DNA from: an uncultured bacterium
GTDB lineage: Bacteria; Babelota; Babeliae; Babelales; Babelaceae
Assembly: GCA_963699275.1 (NCBI GenBank)
Contig: OY969428.1
Span: 629,110-693,109, forward strand
Direction: 5' to 3'
Length of the DNA: 64,000 nt
Shown: in pieces, positions 27,643-37,307 of the stretch
Numbering within the stretch: the first letter of the stretch is position 1
How the letters are laid out: each line of letters begins with the position of its first letter
The notes under the pieces: generated by a model
Told to the model about the DNA's origin: nothing
Seen by the model: the letters and a program-made list of their open reading frames with translations, nothing else
Database searches by the model: none
Translations under genes and position numbers: made by a program

Positions 27643-28995
27643 TTAACGCGTGATCTTTCCAAAACTCTTAATCAAATTAACGATAGCGGCATGTCCACGT
27701 TGCCTCGCTATTTCAAGAGCAGTTTCTTTATCCGTATTTTGAGCATTCAGATCAATTGCAGGTACTTTAAGCAGGAGTTGAACAATTTCTGTATGTCCCA
27801 TATCAGCAGCACACATGAGAGGAGTCCATCGATCATTGTCCTGCTGATTAACGTCAATGCTCACTTTTTTAAGTAGGAGTCGAACCATTTCAGTGTGACC
27901 ATGTTTACACGCTATCATAAGAGCAGTAGCACCATCTTCATTTTGTGCATTAATATGGATATGAGCCTTACTAAGAAGGCATTCGGCACTGGCTGTATTT
28001 CCATACTCAGCAGCAATCATTAAAGCACTGATGTCTTGTTCTTCATGAGCATTAATATCGACATCAGGATGATCTATGAGTAATTGTACTATCTCTGAGA
28101 AATCATTTTCGCATGCGAGCATGAGTGCTGTTTGGCCGACATCTTGTTGAACGTTGACATCAATGTCCGGTTCATCAAGAAGCAATTTCACAATTTCTAT
28201 GTGACCTTTTTCGGCAGCGAGCATAAGAGCGGTGTAACCATAGGACTCAACCGCATTAATCTCGATGTCATCCCTGTCAAGAAGTAACTGTACAATTTCT
28301 TGATTGCCCTTTTCAACAGCAACTATGAGTGGCGGTTCTGAGCCTATATTTACATCAATACTGGGCATTGCAAGGAGCAATCGAACGATGTTTATATGTC
28401 CGCCATACAAAGCACAGCTCAGTGCAGATACGCCGGCTCTTTCATCATTGATGTTGATTTTTGGTTGCTTAAGCAGTATTTGAACGATTTCGTAATGACC
28501 ATTCTTGGCAGCTGATATAAGAGCAGTTGTAGTGTCGGGTAGATGGGGAGCATTAACATCAATATCTGGAATGCCAAAAAGCGAATTTACCATTTCTGTA
28601 CGTCCACATTCAGCAGCTATTAAAAGGGCCCTGCAGCAGAGTTGTTGTATGGTTGTATTACCCGATTGTTGCTCAAGTAATTTTTTGATGTCTTGCGCGA
28701 TAGAAATAAAAAATGGTCTCCAATCGGAACTATGACTTGTCTTTTCAAATATAATAGCTTCAAGTATTCGTAACATATACAAGCAAAGTTGCTGATCTTC
28801 CGCCGAAAGTGAGATGAGCTGTTGCGTGAGTGATGATTGACACCTATCGATTTCGGTACTTACCGGTGAAGAATTAACGGTACTTCCAGACTCATTGTGG
28901 TTAGTGTTGCCGAGGGCCTTACGTGTTTGCTCCATGGTTAAAAGGGATGTACTTGCAAACAAACTAGATGTAATAAAAAAAATTTTGAGTTTCAT
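27643..28995 (-). CDS. ankyrin-repeat protein with N-terminal secretion leader
   Basis: Leader MKLKIFFITSSLFASTSLLT then MEQT. About 9 ANK units. Confidence 0.9.
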   Translation of the reverse strand: MKLKIFFITSSLFASTSLLTMEQTRKALGNTNHNESGSTVNSSPVSTEIDRCQSSLTQQLISLSAEDQQLCLYMLRILEAIIFEKTSHSSDWRPFFISIAQDIKKLLEQQSGNTTIQQLCCRALLIAAECGRTEMVNSLFGIPDIDVNAPHLPDTTTALISAAKNGHYEIVQILLKQPKININDERAGVSALSCALYGGHINIVRLLLAMPSIDVNIGSEPPLIVAVEKGNQEIVQLLLDRDDIEINAVESYGYTALMLAAEKGHIEIVKLLLDEPDIDVNVQQDVGQTALMLACENDFSEIVQLLIDHPDVDINAHEEQDISALMIAAEYGNTASAECLLSKAHIHINAQNEDGATALMIACKHGHTEMVRLLLKKVSIDVNQQDNDRWTPLMCAADMGHTEIVQLLLKVPAIDLNAQNTDKETALEIARQRGHAAIVNLIKSFGKITR

Positions 28996-29102
28996 AAGAA
29001 ATCCAAGAGCTGCTCCAATTTTTATTTTACATTAGTAATGATATAAAATTTATAAAAATTGTCAAAGGATGCTGTGCTTGTCCATTTTGATATGACTCGA
29101 AA

Positions 29103-29570
29103 TCAAGCTGACTTTGCAAGATCTTTTGACCAGCCATATTCAACCAATGGTATTCCATTGAGCGATGCTTCTATGCCTTTTTTTACAAATGGGATGATTG
29201 GATCAGGCAAATTTTTAAGAGGGTAGAAAGCGAGATCGAAATGCTTATCAGGTTCCTGGTTAACAATCTCGTTTTCCCACTTATGGCTCACAAAAAAGAA
29301 ATCTACCGCTTCATGAGTGGGGCCTCTTTCGTTCATAGTATTGTACCCGACGCTCCCTAATCTTAACCATTCAGGTTTGATAAGAATATTTGCCTCTTCT
29401 TGAGCTTCGCGAATGATTGCTTGTGTTGCTGACTCATCTGGGTCGATGCAACCGGCAATCACGGAATAAAATCCATTAGCAAATTTCGAACGGCGACGGA
29501 GCATAAGGAGCTGATCGTCGTGGATAAGGAGAAGGCTCACGGTGACGTGAACCATGTGTCTTTTTTGCAT
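29103..29570 (-). CDS. NUDIX hydrolase
   Basis: Nudix box AGCIDPDESATQAIIREAQEEANI (G.5E.7REUxEExGU pattern). Confidence 0.8.
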   Translation of the reverse strand: MQKRHMVHVTVSLLLIHDDQLLMLRRRSKFANGFYSVIAGCIDPDESATQAIIREAQEEANILIKPEWLRLGSVGYNTMNERGPTHEAVDFFFVSHKWENEIVNQEPDKHFDLAFYPLKNLPDPIIPFVKKGIEASLNGIPLVEYGWSKDLAKSA

Positions 29571-29649
29571 ATTTCTACCTTTTCTTTTAATATCATTATT
29601 TATTATATAATAGGGTGTGAAAAAGTAAAGGTTAGGCTATGAAAAGTTA

Positions 29650-31263
29650 TTACCAGGTAAATGTCACGCTGCCCATGTAGGTACCAGATTTGTAGGCATT
29701 GCGTTGGCGCACGGGACCCTGCCAGAGGATACCGATAGCGAGACAATCAAAAAGATCGTAATTGAATGCGACATTGGCAACATCAGCTTCCCACTTGCTA
29801 AAGCATTCCGTACGCTCCACATCGAATCCTGTAGCATAGTAACTGGAATTTTCTGGGATAAATGAACGACAGACCGTGATCTTATCTTGAGCGTGACTTG
29901 TAATACAGTATTCTGCCCAGAATGACAGATTATCTAAAAAGTGGTAAGCGTGTAACCCAAAATTAAAATGCCAGGTAGGTCCTGGACGAATGCTCACATC
30001 TGCAGCATAAGGAAAAATACCACTTTCTGCATAGTTAGTAGGCATGCGGAAATTACAGAAATCCTGTCTAAAAAAGTACGAGAAACCGCCGGCAAAGGTC
30101 AAATCCAGTGTATCAAGAAAATCGATCGTAAACCCGGCTATACCGCCTACATACGTGTGGCCGTTGTTTCCTATAGGTACGGCAAACGGTTTGTTAGCAT
30201 TTATTTCTTTAGAAAGCGGAATTCCCACACCCGCTTCAGCAAATGGCATGAAAACAAGACGGGGATACCGCTCATCATCTTCATTGATAAGAAAGAGGTG
30301 CCGCCAAAAGAGTGAAAGTCGCAAATCATCAAGTCCGACCTTGTGATAATTACAGATATCAAGTCCCAAAATGTCAGCAATCGGGTAAAGATTGTCCATA
30401 ATATTAGTAATTACTGCCTGCTTGCAATCAGCCGTATATCCAAGATTGAGTACTGCGTCGTCGATTGGCATGAAGGGCTGTTTTGGTACGATGCAATCGG
30501 TGGCTCCTGTTGGACTGCACGATGGTTGTGGGCAGGGAGGCACTGTTGTTGGATCAACATAAGGTGGCGCAATTCCAGGTACTGGGGTAAAGGGCAGCGG
30601 GGTTGTTGTTGTGCCGGATAGAGGGCCAACCATAGCGCTTGCAGGGCATGCAGTACCGAGCGCTTGGCACGTAAAATCATTAAATGCATGGACAGTTTGC
30701 CGAACGTCAGAAATTCCCCATCGTGCTCTTAGACCGACAGCATACCAGCATCGATCGATGAGCAAGCATTCACTTTCAAAGCGAACGCCATATTTTTTAT
30801 ATACTGTCGGAATCGAAAAAAAACCGAATTCTTGGTTTTTATCTACATACTGGGGACTGGTGACGTTTAGCAGACAATTAGAATCATCTGAAACTGTAAA
30901 GTCTGCATCGGTAAGACCCAATGCCGTAAACAGAACGGTTTTCAGGGCTGGGTCATAAAAAAGACCGCACATGTTCCAGCGTCCATTAAGGTCACCAATA
31001 TTGACGGCATCGCGTTCACTATTTGAAGCGCAGTTAGCAAATTGATGGTAAGGGCTTACGCTGATTTGGAGGCGATTTAATGCATAGGTATAATCAAAGC
31101 GCATTAAGTTTGCTTTTTGACGGGTAGCCAAATATGAATAGGGATAAACGGTACTGTAAGGCGGTAATTGATCATTGCGTGTAAGGTTTGGAAATCCATT
31201 AAGAGAACTGCTGAGACAAATAACTATTATGCCCTTATAAATCCCCTTCAGTCCCTTACGCAT
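29650..31263 (-). CDS. putative outer-membrane beta-barrel protein, cysteine-rich
   Basis: Signal-like N-terminus, alternating aromatic/hydrophobic beta-strand patterns, and a C-terminus ...GSVTFTW ending in an aromatic residue. About 20 Cys, including a PPCPQPSCSPTGATDC loop. Confidence 0.55.
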   Translation of the reverse strand: MRKGLKGIYKGIIVICLSSSLNGFPNLTRNDQLPPYSTVYPYSYLATRQKANLMRFDYTYALNRLQISVSPYHQFANCASNSERDAVNIGDLNGRWNMCGLFYDPALKTVLFTALGLTDADFTVSDDSNCLLNVTSPQYVDKNQEFGFFSIPTVYKKYGVRFESECLLIDRCWYAVGLRARWGISDVRQTVHAFNDFTCQALGTACPASAMVGPLSGTTTTPLPFTPVPGIAPPYVDPTTVPPCPQPSCSPTGATDCIVPKQPFMPIDDAVLNLGYTADCKQAVITNIMDNLYPIADILGLDICNYHKVGLDDLRLSLFWRHLFLINEDDERYPRLVFMPFAEAGVGIPLSKEINANKPFAVPIGNNGHTYVGGIAGFTIDFLDTLDLTFAGGFSYFFRQDFCNFRMPTNYAESGIFPYAADVSIRPGPTWHFNFGLHAYHFLDNLSFWAEYCITSHAQDKITVCRSFIPENSSYYATGFDVERTECFSKWEADVANVAFNYDLFDCLAIGILWQGPVRQRNAYKSGTYMGSVTFTW

Positions 31264-31402
31264 GATGCTACTATCCTTTCAATATTCTTAGCTATTCTGG
31301 TGCTCATCTATTAGAGCGATTGGTCTATGTTATAGCATTGATACTGCATTTCGTCAAATTATGCTACACTGAAACTCGCATTCATTATTGAGGAAGTTTC
31401 AT

Positions 31403-31654
31403 ATGTACTGTTCATATTACCAGGCTCGAGTCACCGAAAAGGAATCATGGTTTTTGGTTGCACTTTTGCGCAGCTTTGAACATCTTGCTTTTGATCGCAC
31501 ATATGACAAATCTACTGCGACATTTGAATTTTTTGTGCCGCATGACAATGAACGGATATTTTTGGAGCTGCTTGAGTATCTGAAAAAGCAGGGCGTGATT
31601 TTGAGTGTAACAGCGTTATCTAATAGACTCACTGATCCGAATGCTCTTGTCTAA
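31403..31654 (+). CDS. small hypothetical protein
   Basis: 83 aa from ATG 31403 with gaggaag RBS (the ORF track starts at TTG 31388). No recognised motif. Confidence 0.4.
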   Translation: MYCSYYQARVTEKESWFLVALLRSFEHLAFDRTYDKSTATFEFFVPHDNERIFLELLEYLKKQGVILSVTALSNRLTDPNALV

Positions 31655-31655
31655 G

Positions 31656-33086
31656 TCATTGCGTTAAGACTGCAAGGCGTGCTTTGACTTCATCCGAGGG
31701 CAGCATAGAGAAGAGATCTTTGATGCTTGGTCCCTGAGGCTTGCCAGTAAGCGCGATGCGGACGAGAGAAAAAATATCTTTGACTGGAACAGACTGTTCT
31801 TTACACAAAGCCTGTAAATGTGTTGCTGCATCATGGGGCTGCATTTCTTCGATAGCGCTCAGCGCAGTTTTTAAAAATGACTGATAAGTTTGAAGGTGGT
31901 AGACATTGAGAAGCTCAATGCTGATCTTGGGTCTTTCAATAATGAAACTCAGCGCTTCCGGGGTATCTTTCAGCGTTACGAGCTCTTGTTGGACGTAGGC
32001 AATGAGCATGGCAAGTTTGTCATCGGGTATGTTTTCAAAGTTCGGATCTACAGCTGTTAAAAAAGGTTTGCACAGCTGTGTTAGTGCTATGGTATCATAA
32101 TGCATAATCCAGTGATGATTTACCCAGCGCAATTTTTCAAGGTCATAACGAATTTGGCCTGTTGCAGAAAGATGATCAAAATTAAACGTTTCTATAAGTT
32201 TTTTCTTATCCATGATTTCTTCTTTGACAGAATGACCAATGATAGAAAGATAATTAACTATTGCCTCAGGCAGATATCCGCTATTTTTTAGATCAGTTAA
32301 TGAAAAACCGAAATCTCGCTTTGACAGCTTTTTTCCTTCGGCATTTCCAATAATAGGCAGATGCCAGAAAACGGGTGTTTCTGCAAGAAATGCCTCATAA
32401 AGGGCAACCTGAGATGCGGTATTTGTCAAATGATCTTCTCCGCGAAATACATGAGTAATTTTCATTTCAACGTCATCAACAAAATTTGCAAATAAGAACG
32501 TGAAGCTGCCATCCTGACGCGTAAGCGGTATGTCAGAAAAGTGCCTCAGTTCAAAATGCATCGCATGATGAGCGAGGTCATAAAAAGAGACGGTTTTTGT
32601 ATCATCGAGGTGAAAACGCCAAATAAAAGGGATAGCTGCAGCCAGCTTTTCCTCAATTTGAGCATCCGTTAGCTTGAGACACGTTCTATCGTACCGCGGT
32701 GGCTGTTTCATCGCCAACTGGCGTTGTCTTCTTTTTTCAAGCTCTTCTGGCGTACAAAAGCAGCGATACACAAGGTGCTTGTCTTGGCAGATCTGTAGGT
32801 ACTTTTTGTAAAATTCAGTTCTTTGCGACTGATAATACGGTGCGTATGGACCGCCTTTAACAGGGCCTTCATCGTAATCAAGACCGAGCCAGGCAAGGTC
32901 TTGCATGATTTGATGACCCTCAGGATCTACCAATCTTTGCTGATCAGTATCTTCAATGCGCAGAATAAAGGTCCCGCTTTTTTGGCGGGCAAACAAAAAA
33001 TTTATAAGGGCTGATCGTACATTGCCTAAGTGCATGAACCCTGTTGGCGAAGGGGCAAAACGTACACGAGGCGCTGGTTTAGTCAT
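31656..33086 (-). CDS. gltX: glutamyl-tRNA synthetase
   Basis: RVRFAPSPTGFMHLGNVRSAL (HIGH), ILRIEDTD and KKLSKRD (KMSKS). Confidence 0.9.
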   Translation of the reverse strand: MTKPAPRVRFAPSPTGFMHLGNVRSALINFLFARQKSGTFILRIEDTDQQRLVDPEGHQIMQDLAWLGLDYDEGPVKGGPYAPYYQSQRTEFYKKYLQICQDKHLVYRCFCTPEELEKRRQRQLAMKQPPRYDRTCLKLTDAQIEEKLAAAIPFIWRFHLDDTKTVSFYDLAHHAMHFELRHFSDIPLTRQDGSFTFLFANFVDDVEMKITHVFRGEDHLTNTASQVALYEAFLAETPVFWHLPIIGNAEGKKLSKRDFGFSLTDLKNSGYLPEAIVNYLSIIGHSVKEEIMDKKKLIETFNFDHLSATGQIRYDLEKLRWVNHHWIMHYDTIALTQLCKPFLTAVDPNFENIPDDKLAMLIAYVQQELVTLKDTPEALSFIIERPKISIELLNVYHLQTYQSFLKTALSAIEEMQPHDAATHLQALCKEQSVPVKDIFSLVRIALTGKPQGPSIKDLFSMLPSDEVKARLAVLTQ

Positions 33087-33226
33087 AGCGGGTCTCTAGT
33101 TGTCTTTCTTGCAAATTTCAGTTTGTTTCCATTATATCATAAAAGGAAAAAAATGTACCATTTGACGAAATAGACATCAAAAAATATCTTAAGATATAAC
33201 ACTAACCATATCGTGCGAGGAACATC

Positions 33227-33727
33227 ATGAAAAAAATTCTCATTCTCGGATTATTGGCTTTTTCTTGGGGCATATACGCTGAAAACAAAGAAGAGCTTTA
33301 TAAAGAAGAACTTATGGGAGCCATAAAAGAGGGTAATGTCGAAAGCGTTACGAGAATTTTAAAGGCAGGTGACGTGCAGAAAAATCATCTGATAGAAGCT
33401 GCTCTCTTTGCTTTGGATAAAACAAGAAACGAATGTTTAATAAAAGTTCAAAATGAAGCCCAGAAGAGTGGTACTGCCCTGATGGCAGCTATGCTAGGAA
33501 TTTCAGTATATATTTTTGGAATTTGCTATGCGAATAAGATTAATTTTTATGAAAGCTTAGCGTTAGCTTTGATGCCGTCTGTGGGAACTCTATTCGCAGC
33601 GGCAATGGTTAATATATTAGAGTTAAATAAGATAACTACTCCTGACCCACATATTAATGCACTCGAGATTGCTCGACTTGTGGCACATTCAGCTCACAAA
33701 CCTGAAGAACCGTCTGAAAATAAATAA
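33227..33727 (+). CDS. P-family member 1: leader + short helical motif + 2 TM + charged tail, unknown function
   Basis: MKKILILGLLAFSWGIYA-ENKEELYKEELMGAIKEGNVESVTRILKAG..., two hydrophobic helices, then ..LEIARLVAHSAHKPEEPSENK. Confidence 0.7.
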   Translation: MKKILILGLLAFSWGIYAENKEELYKEELMGAIKEGNVESVTRILKAGDVQKNHLIEAALFALDKTRNECLIKVQNEAQKSGTALMAAMLGISVYIFGICYANKINFYESLALALMPSVGTLFAAAMVNILELNKITTPDPHINALEIARLVAHSAHKPEEPSENK

Positions 33728-33844
33728 AACATGAGTTCGATATGAGCAGATTTATTAGGAAGATTTTTCAAGATTCTTTTTTGATGAAATAGGGATCAAA
33801 AAATATCTTAGATATAACGCTAACCATATCATACGAGGAACATC

Positions 33845-34351
33845 ATGAAGAAACTTCTCATTCTTGGATTATTGGCTTTTTCTTCCAGCTTATACGCTGA
33901 AAACAACGAAGAGCTTTCTAAAGAAGAACTTATGAGAGCCATAAAAGAGGGTAATGTCGAAAGCGTTACGAGAATTTTAAAGGCGGGGATACAGAAAAGT
34001 GATCTCACCGATGCCGCACATTTTGCTCTTGATAAAATAAAAAACGAAATTGCACTAAGGGCTGCTAACGAAGAGTATAGGCTCGGATCGACCATGTTGT
34101 CGCTCATCTACATATATGGTTCTTATATGTTTTTCATTTGCCGGGCCAATCACATGCAACTGCACGAGAGCTTAGTGATGTCATTTATTCCTGCCGTTGC
34201 TGTCCCATGTCTAGGCCTTTTAGTAAAATGGTTTGGTCTAGATCAACCTACAATAGCTGATCCTCAAGTTAATACGATAGAAATTGCTCGGCTTGTGGCC
34301 CTTTCAGCGTATTCTGCGAAATCATCTGAAAAGCAAGCAGAGCAAAAATAG
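33845..34351 (+). CDS. P-family member 2
   Basis: MKKLLILGLLAFSSSLYA-ENNEELSKEELMRAIKEGNVESVTRILKAG.... The upstream 110 bp or so also duplicates the region upstream of member 1. Confidence 0.7.
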   Translation: MKKLLILGLLAFSSSLYAENNEELSKEELMRAIKEGNVESVTRILKAGIQKSDLTDAAHFALDKIKNEIALRAANEEYRLGSTMLSLIYIYGSYMFFICRANHMQLHESLVMSFIPAVAVPCLGLLVKWFGLDQPTIADPQVNTIEIARLVALSAYSAKSSEKQAEQK

Positions 34352-34474
34352 ATTACATCAAACTCTTTTTTTACCTGGCATGAAATGTTATTATAACCCA
34401 CTAAAAGATGCCGTTTGACGGAAGAGGTCGCAAAAAGTATGATACCATTAGCACTGATCTGTAAGAGGAACAAC

Positions 34475-35002
34475 GTGAAGAACTATATTATCATCGCTTT
34501 TCTAGTCCCCATTTTCACGGGTATCCTGTTTGCTGATCAAAAGCAAGAGCTTATGGATGCAATAAAAAAACGCGACATTAATCAACTTGCAAGGATTTTA
34601 TTGAAAGCAGATCTCATGCAAAAAAGTGATCTAGAGGACGCGCAGCAGTATGCTTTTGATAGACTAAAACATCCGTCAGTAGAGAGAACTCCTTTTGAAT
34701 GGTGCCAAGTTATAGGAGGCCCTACCGTGGGTTTCTGGAGTCTCTATTGGATTTTGACGAAAATGGGACGTTCAAATGGCCCGCTTGTTTGGTTACACCT
34801 GGGTGCTTTGGTTGTATCACCCTTTGTTATGCTTAATGGTTTTTTGGCGCCAATTATACGCTCGACTGCGTCAGAAGTAATTGCTGAATATGTATCAAAA
34901 GCAGCTGATATTGTACGAGAACATCCTGAAAAAGGGAAACAAAGGCTTTTGCTTGAAAAGCTTATATTTGAAGGGACCACTTTTATTAGAGGAACACCAT
35001 GA
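34475..35002 (+). CDS. P-family member 3
   Basis: GTG 34475 is preceded by aagaggaacaac, the same RBS context as members 4 and 5. VKNYIIIAFLVPIFTGILFA-DQKQELMDAIKKRDINQLARILLKAD... Confidence 0.6.
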   Translation: MKNYIIIAFLVPIFTGILFADQKQELMDAIKKRDINQLARILLKADLMQKSDLEDAQQYAFDRLKHPSVERTPFEWCQVIGGPTVGFWSLYWILTKMGRSNGPLVWLHLGALVVSPFVMLNGFLAPIIRSTASEVIAEYVSKAADIVREHPEKGKQRLLLEKLIFEGTTFIRGTP

Positions 35003-35526
35003 ACAACTATCTTCTTATTGTGTCTTTTGCTTGTGTTTTTACAAGTGCTCTGTTTGCGGATAAGAGAGATGAACTTATCAGTTCAATAAAACGGGGCGAT
35101 GTAGAAAAAGTAACAAGAATTTTAAGAAAGGCTGATCAAATTCAGAAAAATGACCTCGAGGAAGCAGCTGAATATGCTCTCGACCGAACAAAATCGCCAT
35201 CCTTATCTCGGACTGGATGGGAATGGACGAAGGCTATTGCTGGTGGTTTGTTCTTACCAACCAGTCTGCTTAGTTGGCACTGGTTCACCGGGGGACCATT
35301 TAGAGATGATTCTCCTAATTGGTTTGATGTGGGACATGCTATGTTTGCGGCTTTATGTGCGTATCTGCTTTACTCCGGGATAAGCACACCAATCAAGCGC
35401 TATGCTGGTGCGAAAGAAATTGCTCACCTGGTAGGAAATGCAGCTGAAAAAACTGGAGAAAAATCTGAAAATGCAGGCGAGCAATCAGCTCCGCGAAAAA
35501 GATTAATAATCGATGACGAAGATTGA
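34999..35526 (+). CDS. P-family member 4
   Basis: MNNYLLIVSFACVFTSALFA-DKRDELISSIKRGDVEKVTRILRKAD.... ATGA overlap with member 3. Confidence 0.7.
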   Translation: MNNYLLIVSFACVFTSALFADKRDELISSIKRGDVEKVTRILRKADQIQKNDLEEAAEYALDRTKSPSLSRTGWEWTKAIAGGLFLPTSLLSWHWFTGGPFRDDSPNWFDVGHAMFAALCAYLLYSGISTPIKRYAGAKEIAHLVGNAAEKTGEKSENAGEQSAPRKRLIIDDED

Positions 35527-35549
35527 GTCTTTATTAAAGAGGAACAACC

Positions 35550-36077
35550 ATGAATAAATATTTTCTTATTGGGTCTTTTGCTTTCACAAGTATTTTGTTT
35601 GCGGATAAGCGAGATGAACTTATCAGTGGAATAAAAAAAGGTGACGTAGAAAAAGTCACAAGAATATTAAGAAAGGCCGATCAAATCCAGAAAAATGACC
35701 TCGAGGAAGCAGCTGAATATGCTCTCGATCGAACAAAATCGCCATCCTTATCTCGGACTGGATGGGAATGGACGAAGACTATTGCTGGTGGGTTGTTCTT
35801 ATCAACCAATTTGATTAGTTGGTACGTGAGGTTCACCCACGAAGAATTCAGAAATGTCCCTTTTCCTAATTTGCATGATGGGGTGCATATTGTCTGGACA
35901 TCTTTATGGGCGTATCTGCTTTACTCCGGGATAAGTGAACCATACAAGCGCTATGCTGGTGCGAAAGAAATTGCACGCCTGGTAGGAAATGTAGCTAAAA
36001 AAACTGATCAAAAATCCCAAAATGCAGGTGAGCAACCAGCTCCACGAAAAAGATTAATAATCGATGACGAGGATTGA
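35550..36077 (+). CDS. P-family member 5 (recent duplicate of member 4)
   Basis: The first 80 aa or so and the last 45 aa or so are nearly identical to member 4 (...KNDLEEAAEYALDRTKSPSLSRTGWEWTK...; ...RKRLIIDDED). Confidence 0.7.
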   Translation: MNKYFLIGSFAFTSILFADKRDELISGIKKGDVEKVTRILRKADQIQKNDLEEAAEYALDRTKSPSLSRTGWEWTKTIAGGLFLSTNLISWYVRFTHEEFRNVPFPNLHDGVHIVWTSLWAYLLYSGISEPYKRYAGAKEIARLVGNVAKKTDQKSQNAGEQPAPRKRLIIDDED

Positions 36078-36229
36078 TTTTCATTTTATTTAAAAGAATG
36101 AAAAGCATAGCGAATACGCTTTTCAGCCCTTTTTTTATTTTAAATTTCGAAAAGATTAGTTGTATGATTTGATGAGAGAAATAACAAAAATAGTATAACG
36201 ATATATTTCTTCAAGGCATTTAAAGGAGC

Positions 36230-36682
36230 ATGATGATTAATCGTTTATTTATTGGTTTACTAGTTTTCATCTCTACAGGCTGCATTTTTGCTGATCAAGA
36301 GGATCGGCATGTGGGAGGTATAGACAAAAATGAAGACCTAATGACTGCCATAAAAAAAAGGGATGTTCGAGAAGTTAAAAGAATTTTGGCGGATGTCGAT
36401 GCTATGCAGACAAAGGATTTAGAAACTGCTTTTGAGTATGCTTCTTCCCGCATGAAACAAAGTTCACAACGTAAGTGGTGGGAATGGTTTTTGATTATAT
36501 ATTGTGGTGTACACTTATTTAAAAGAGATGGTGCTAACTACTGGCATATTTTGAATACTATTTTTGCGACGCTAGGAATGTGTTACGGGATAATCGGTCC
36601 TTTTAATCGGCAGGCAGCAGCAGAAAAAATTACTCGGCTTTTGCTGACAAAGTGCCGCGAGAAAAATGTGGAAATCCAGTAA
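36230..36682 (+). CDS. P-family member 6 (divergent)
   Basis: Leader ...FISTGCIFA-DQEDR.., DLMTAIKKRDVREVKRILADVDAMQTKDLETAFEYA, one or two TM segments, AEKITRLLL tail. Confidence 0.6.
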   Translation: MMINRLFIGLLVFISTGCIFADQEDRHVGGIDKNEDLMTAIKKRDVREVKRILADVDAMQTKDLETAFEYASSRMKQSSQRKWWEWFLIIYCGVHLFKRDGANYWHILNTIFATLGMCYGIIGPFNRQAAAEKITRLLLTKCREKNVEIQ

Positions 36683-36716
36683 AATAGTACTTCCCATAAA
36701 GAAAAATAATTCATCG

Positions 36717-37307
36717 ATGAGGAAAGATTTGAAAACCCTAACGATAATACCTATGTACTTGGTTATTTTTGGAAGTGTTAGTTTGCATGCTGACAAAGCA
36801 CAGAATGCACTCATGCGAGATGCTATTGAGACGTCTGATGTGTTAGCAGTCAGGGGACTTCTGAAAAAAGTAGAGCCTCTTAAAACCGCAGATAAGACTT
36901 CCTGGATCAAATTTGCAGATGATGTCATTGGGGAAAAAAGAGAGTTAACATCTCTTCTTAAGAGCCCACGTGATCTTATACGGTTTCTGTTTGGAGCAAC
37001 CGTTACCGTAAGCTGCACAGGACTTGCCGGCTTTTTTTTCAGACGCTACCTTAGGTGCCCGCTAAACTCGGGGGTGGACCCTGAAGAAAGAAGAACAAAT
37101 TTAGTCTATAGTGGTCTTTCTGCAGGTGTAGTAATACTGGGTGTTATCGCAATGGTCAAGGGTTGGTATTGTGATACTGCATATGCCAATGTAAAACTTG
37201 CTCGCCTAGCGAAAGAAGCTATCGAAAAAGCTCTTGTGGAAGGAGCTACTGGTACTCCTCAGTTAGCACAAAAAGATATTCGATCTTCAGACAAAAAAGA
37301 TCAGTGA
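36717..37307 (+). CDS. P-family member 7 (most divergent)
   Basis: MRKDLKTLTIIPMYLVIFGSVSLHA-DKAQNALMRDAIETSDVLAVRGLLKK.., two TM segments, VKLARLAKEAIEKAL tail. Confidence 0.55.
   Translation: MRKDLKTLTIIPMYLVIFGSVSLHADKAQNALMRDAIETSDVLAVRGLLKKVEPLKTADKTSWIKFADDVIGEKRELTSLLKSPRDLIRFLFGATVTVSCTGLAGFFFRRYLRCPLNSGVDPEERRTNLVYSGLSAGVVILGVIAMVKGWYCDTAYANVKLARLAKEAIEKALVEGATGTPQLAQKDIRSSDKKDQ

Noticed and set aside
24036-28735. Multiple plus-strand ORFs of 60-100 aa inside the ankyrin genes (for example 24036..24329, 24344..24607, 26933..27148, 28505..28735)
   Set aside because: They are antisense to long, clearly periodic ankyrin ORFs. Their compositions are typical of antisense reading (Ser/Arg/Cys-rich) and they lack RBS context.
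29968-30958. Several plus-strand and alternative-frame ORFs within the OMP gene
   Set aside because: They overlap the 537-aa minus-strand ORF, which has a leader and a C-terminal barrel signature. None has recognisable features.
36572-37018. 148-aa minus-strand ORF
   Set aside because: It is antisense to P-family members 6 and 7, which are supported by family conservation.
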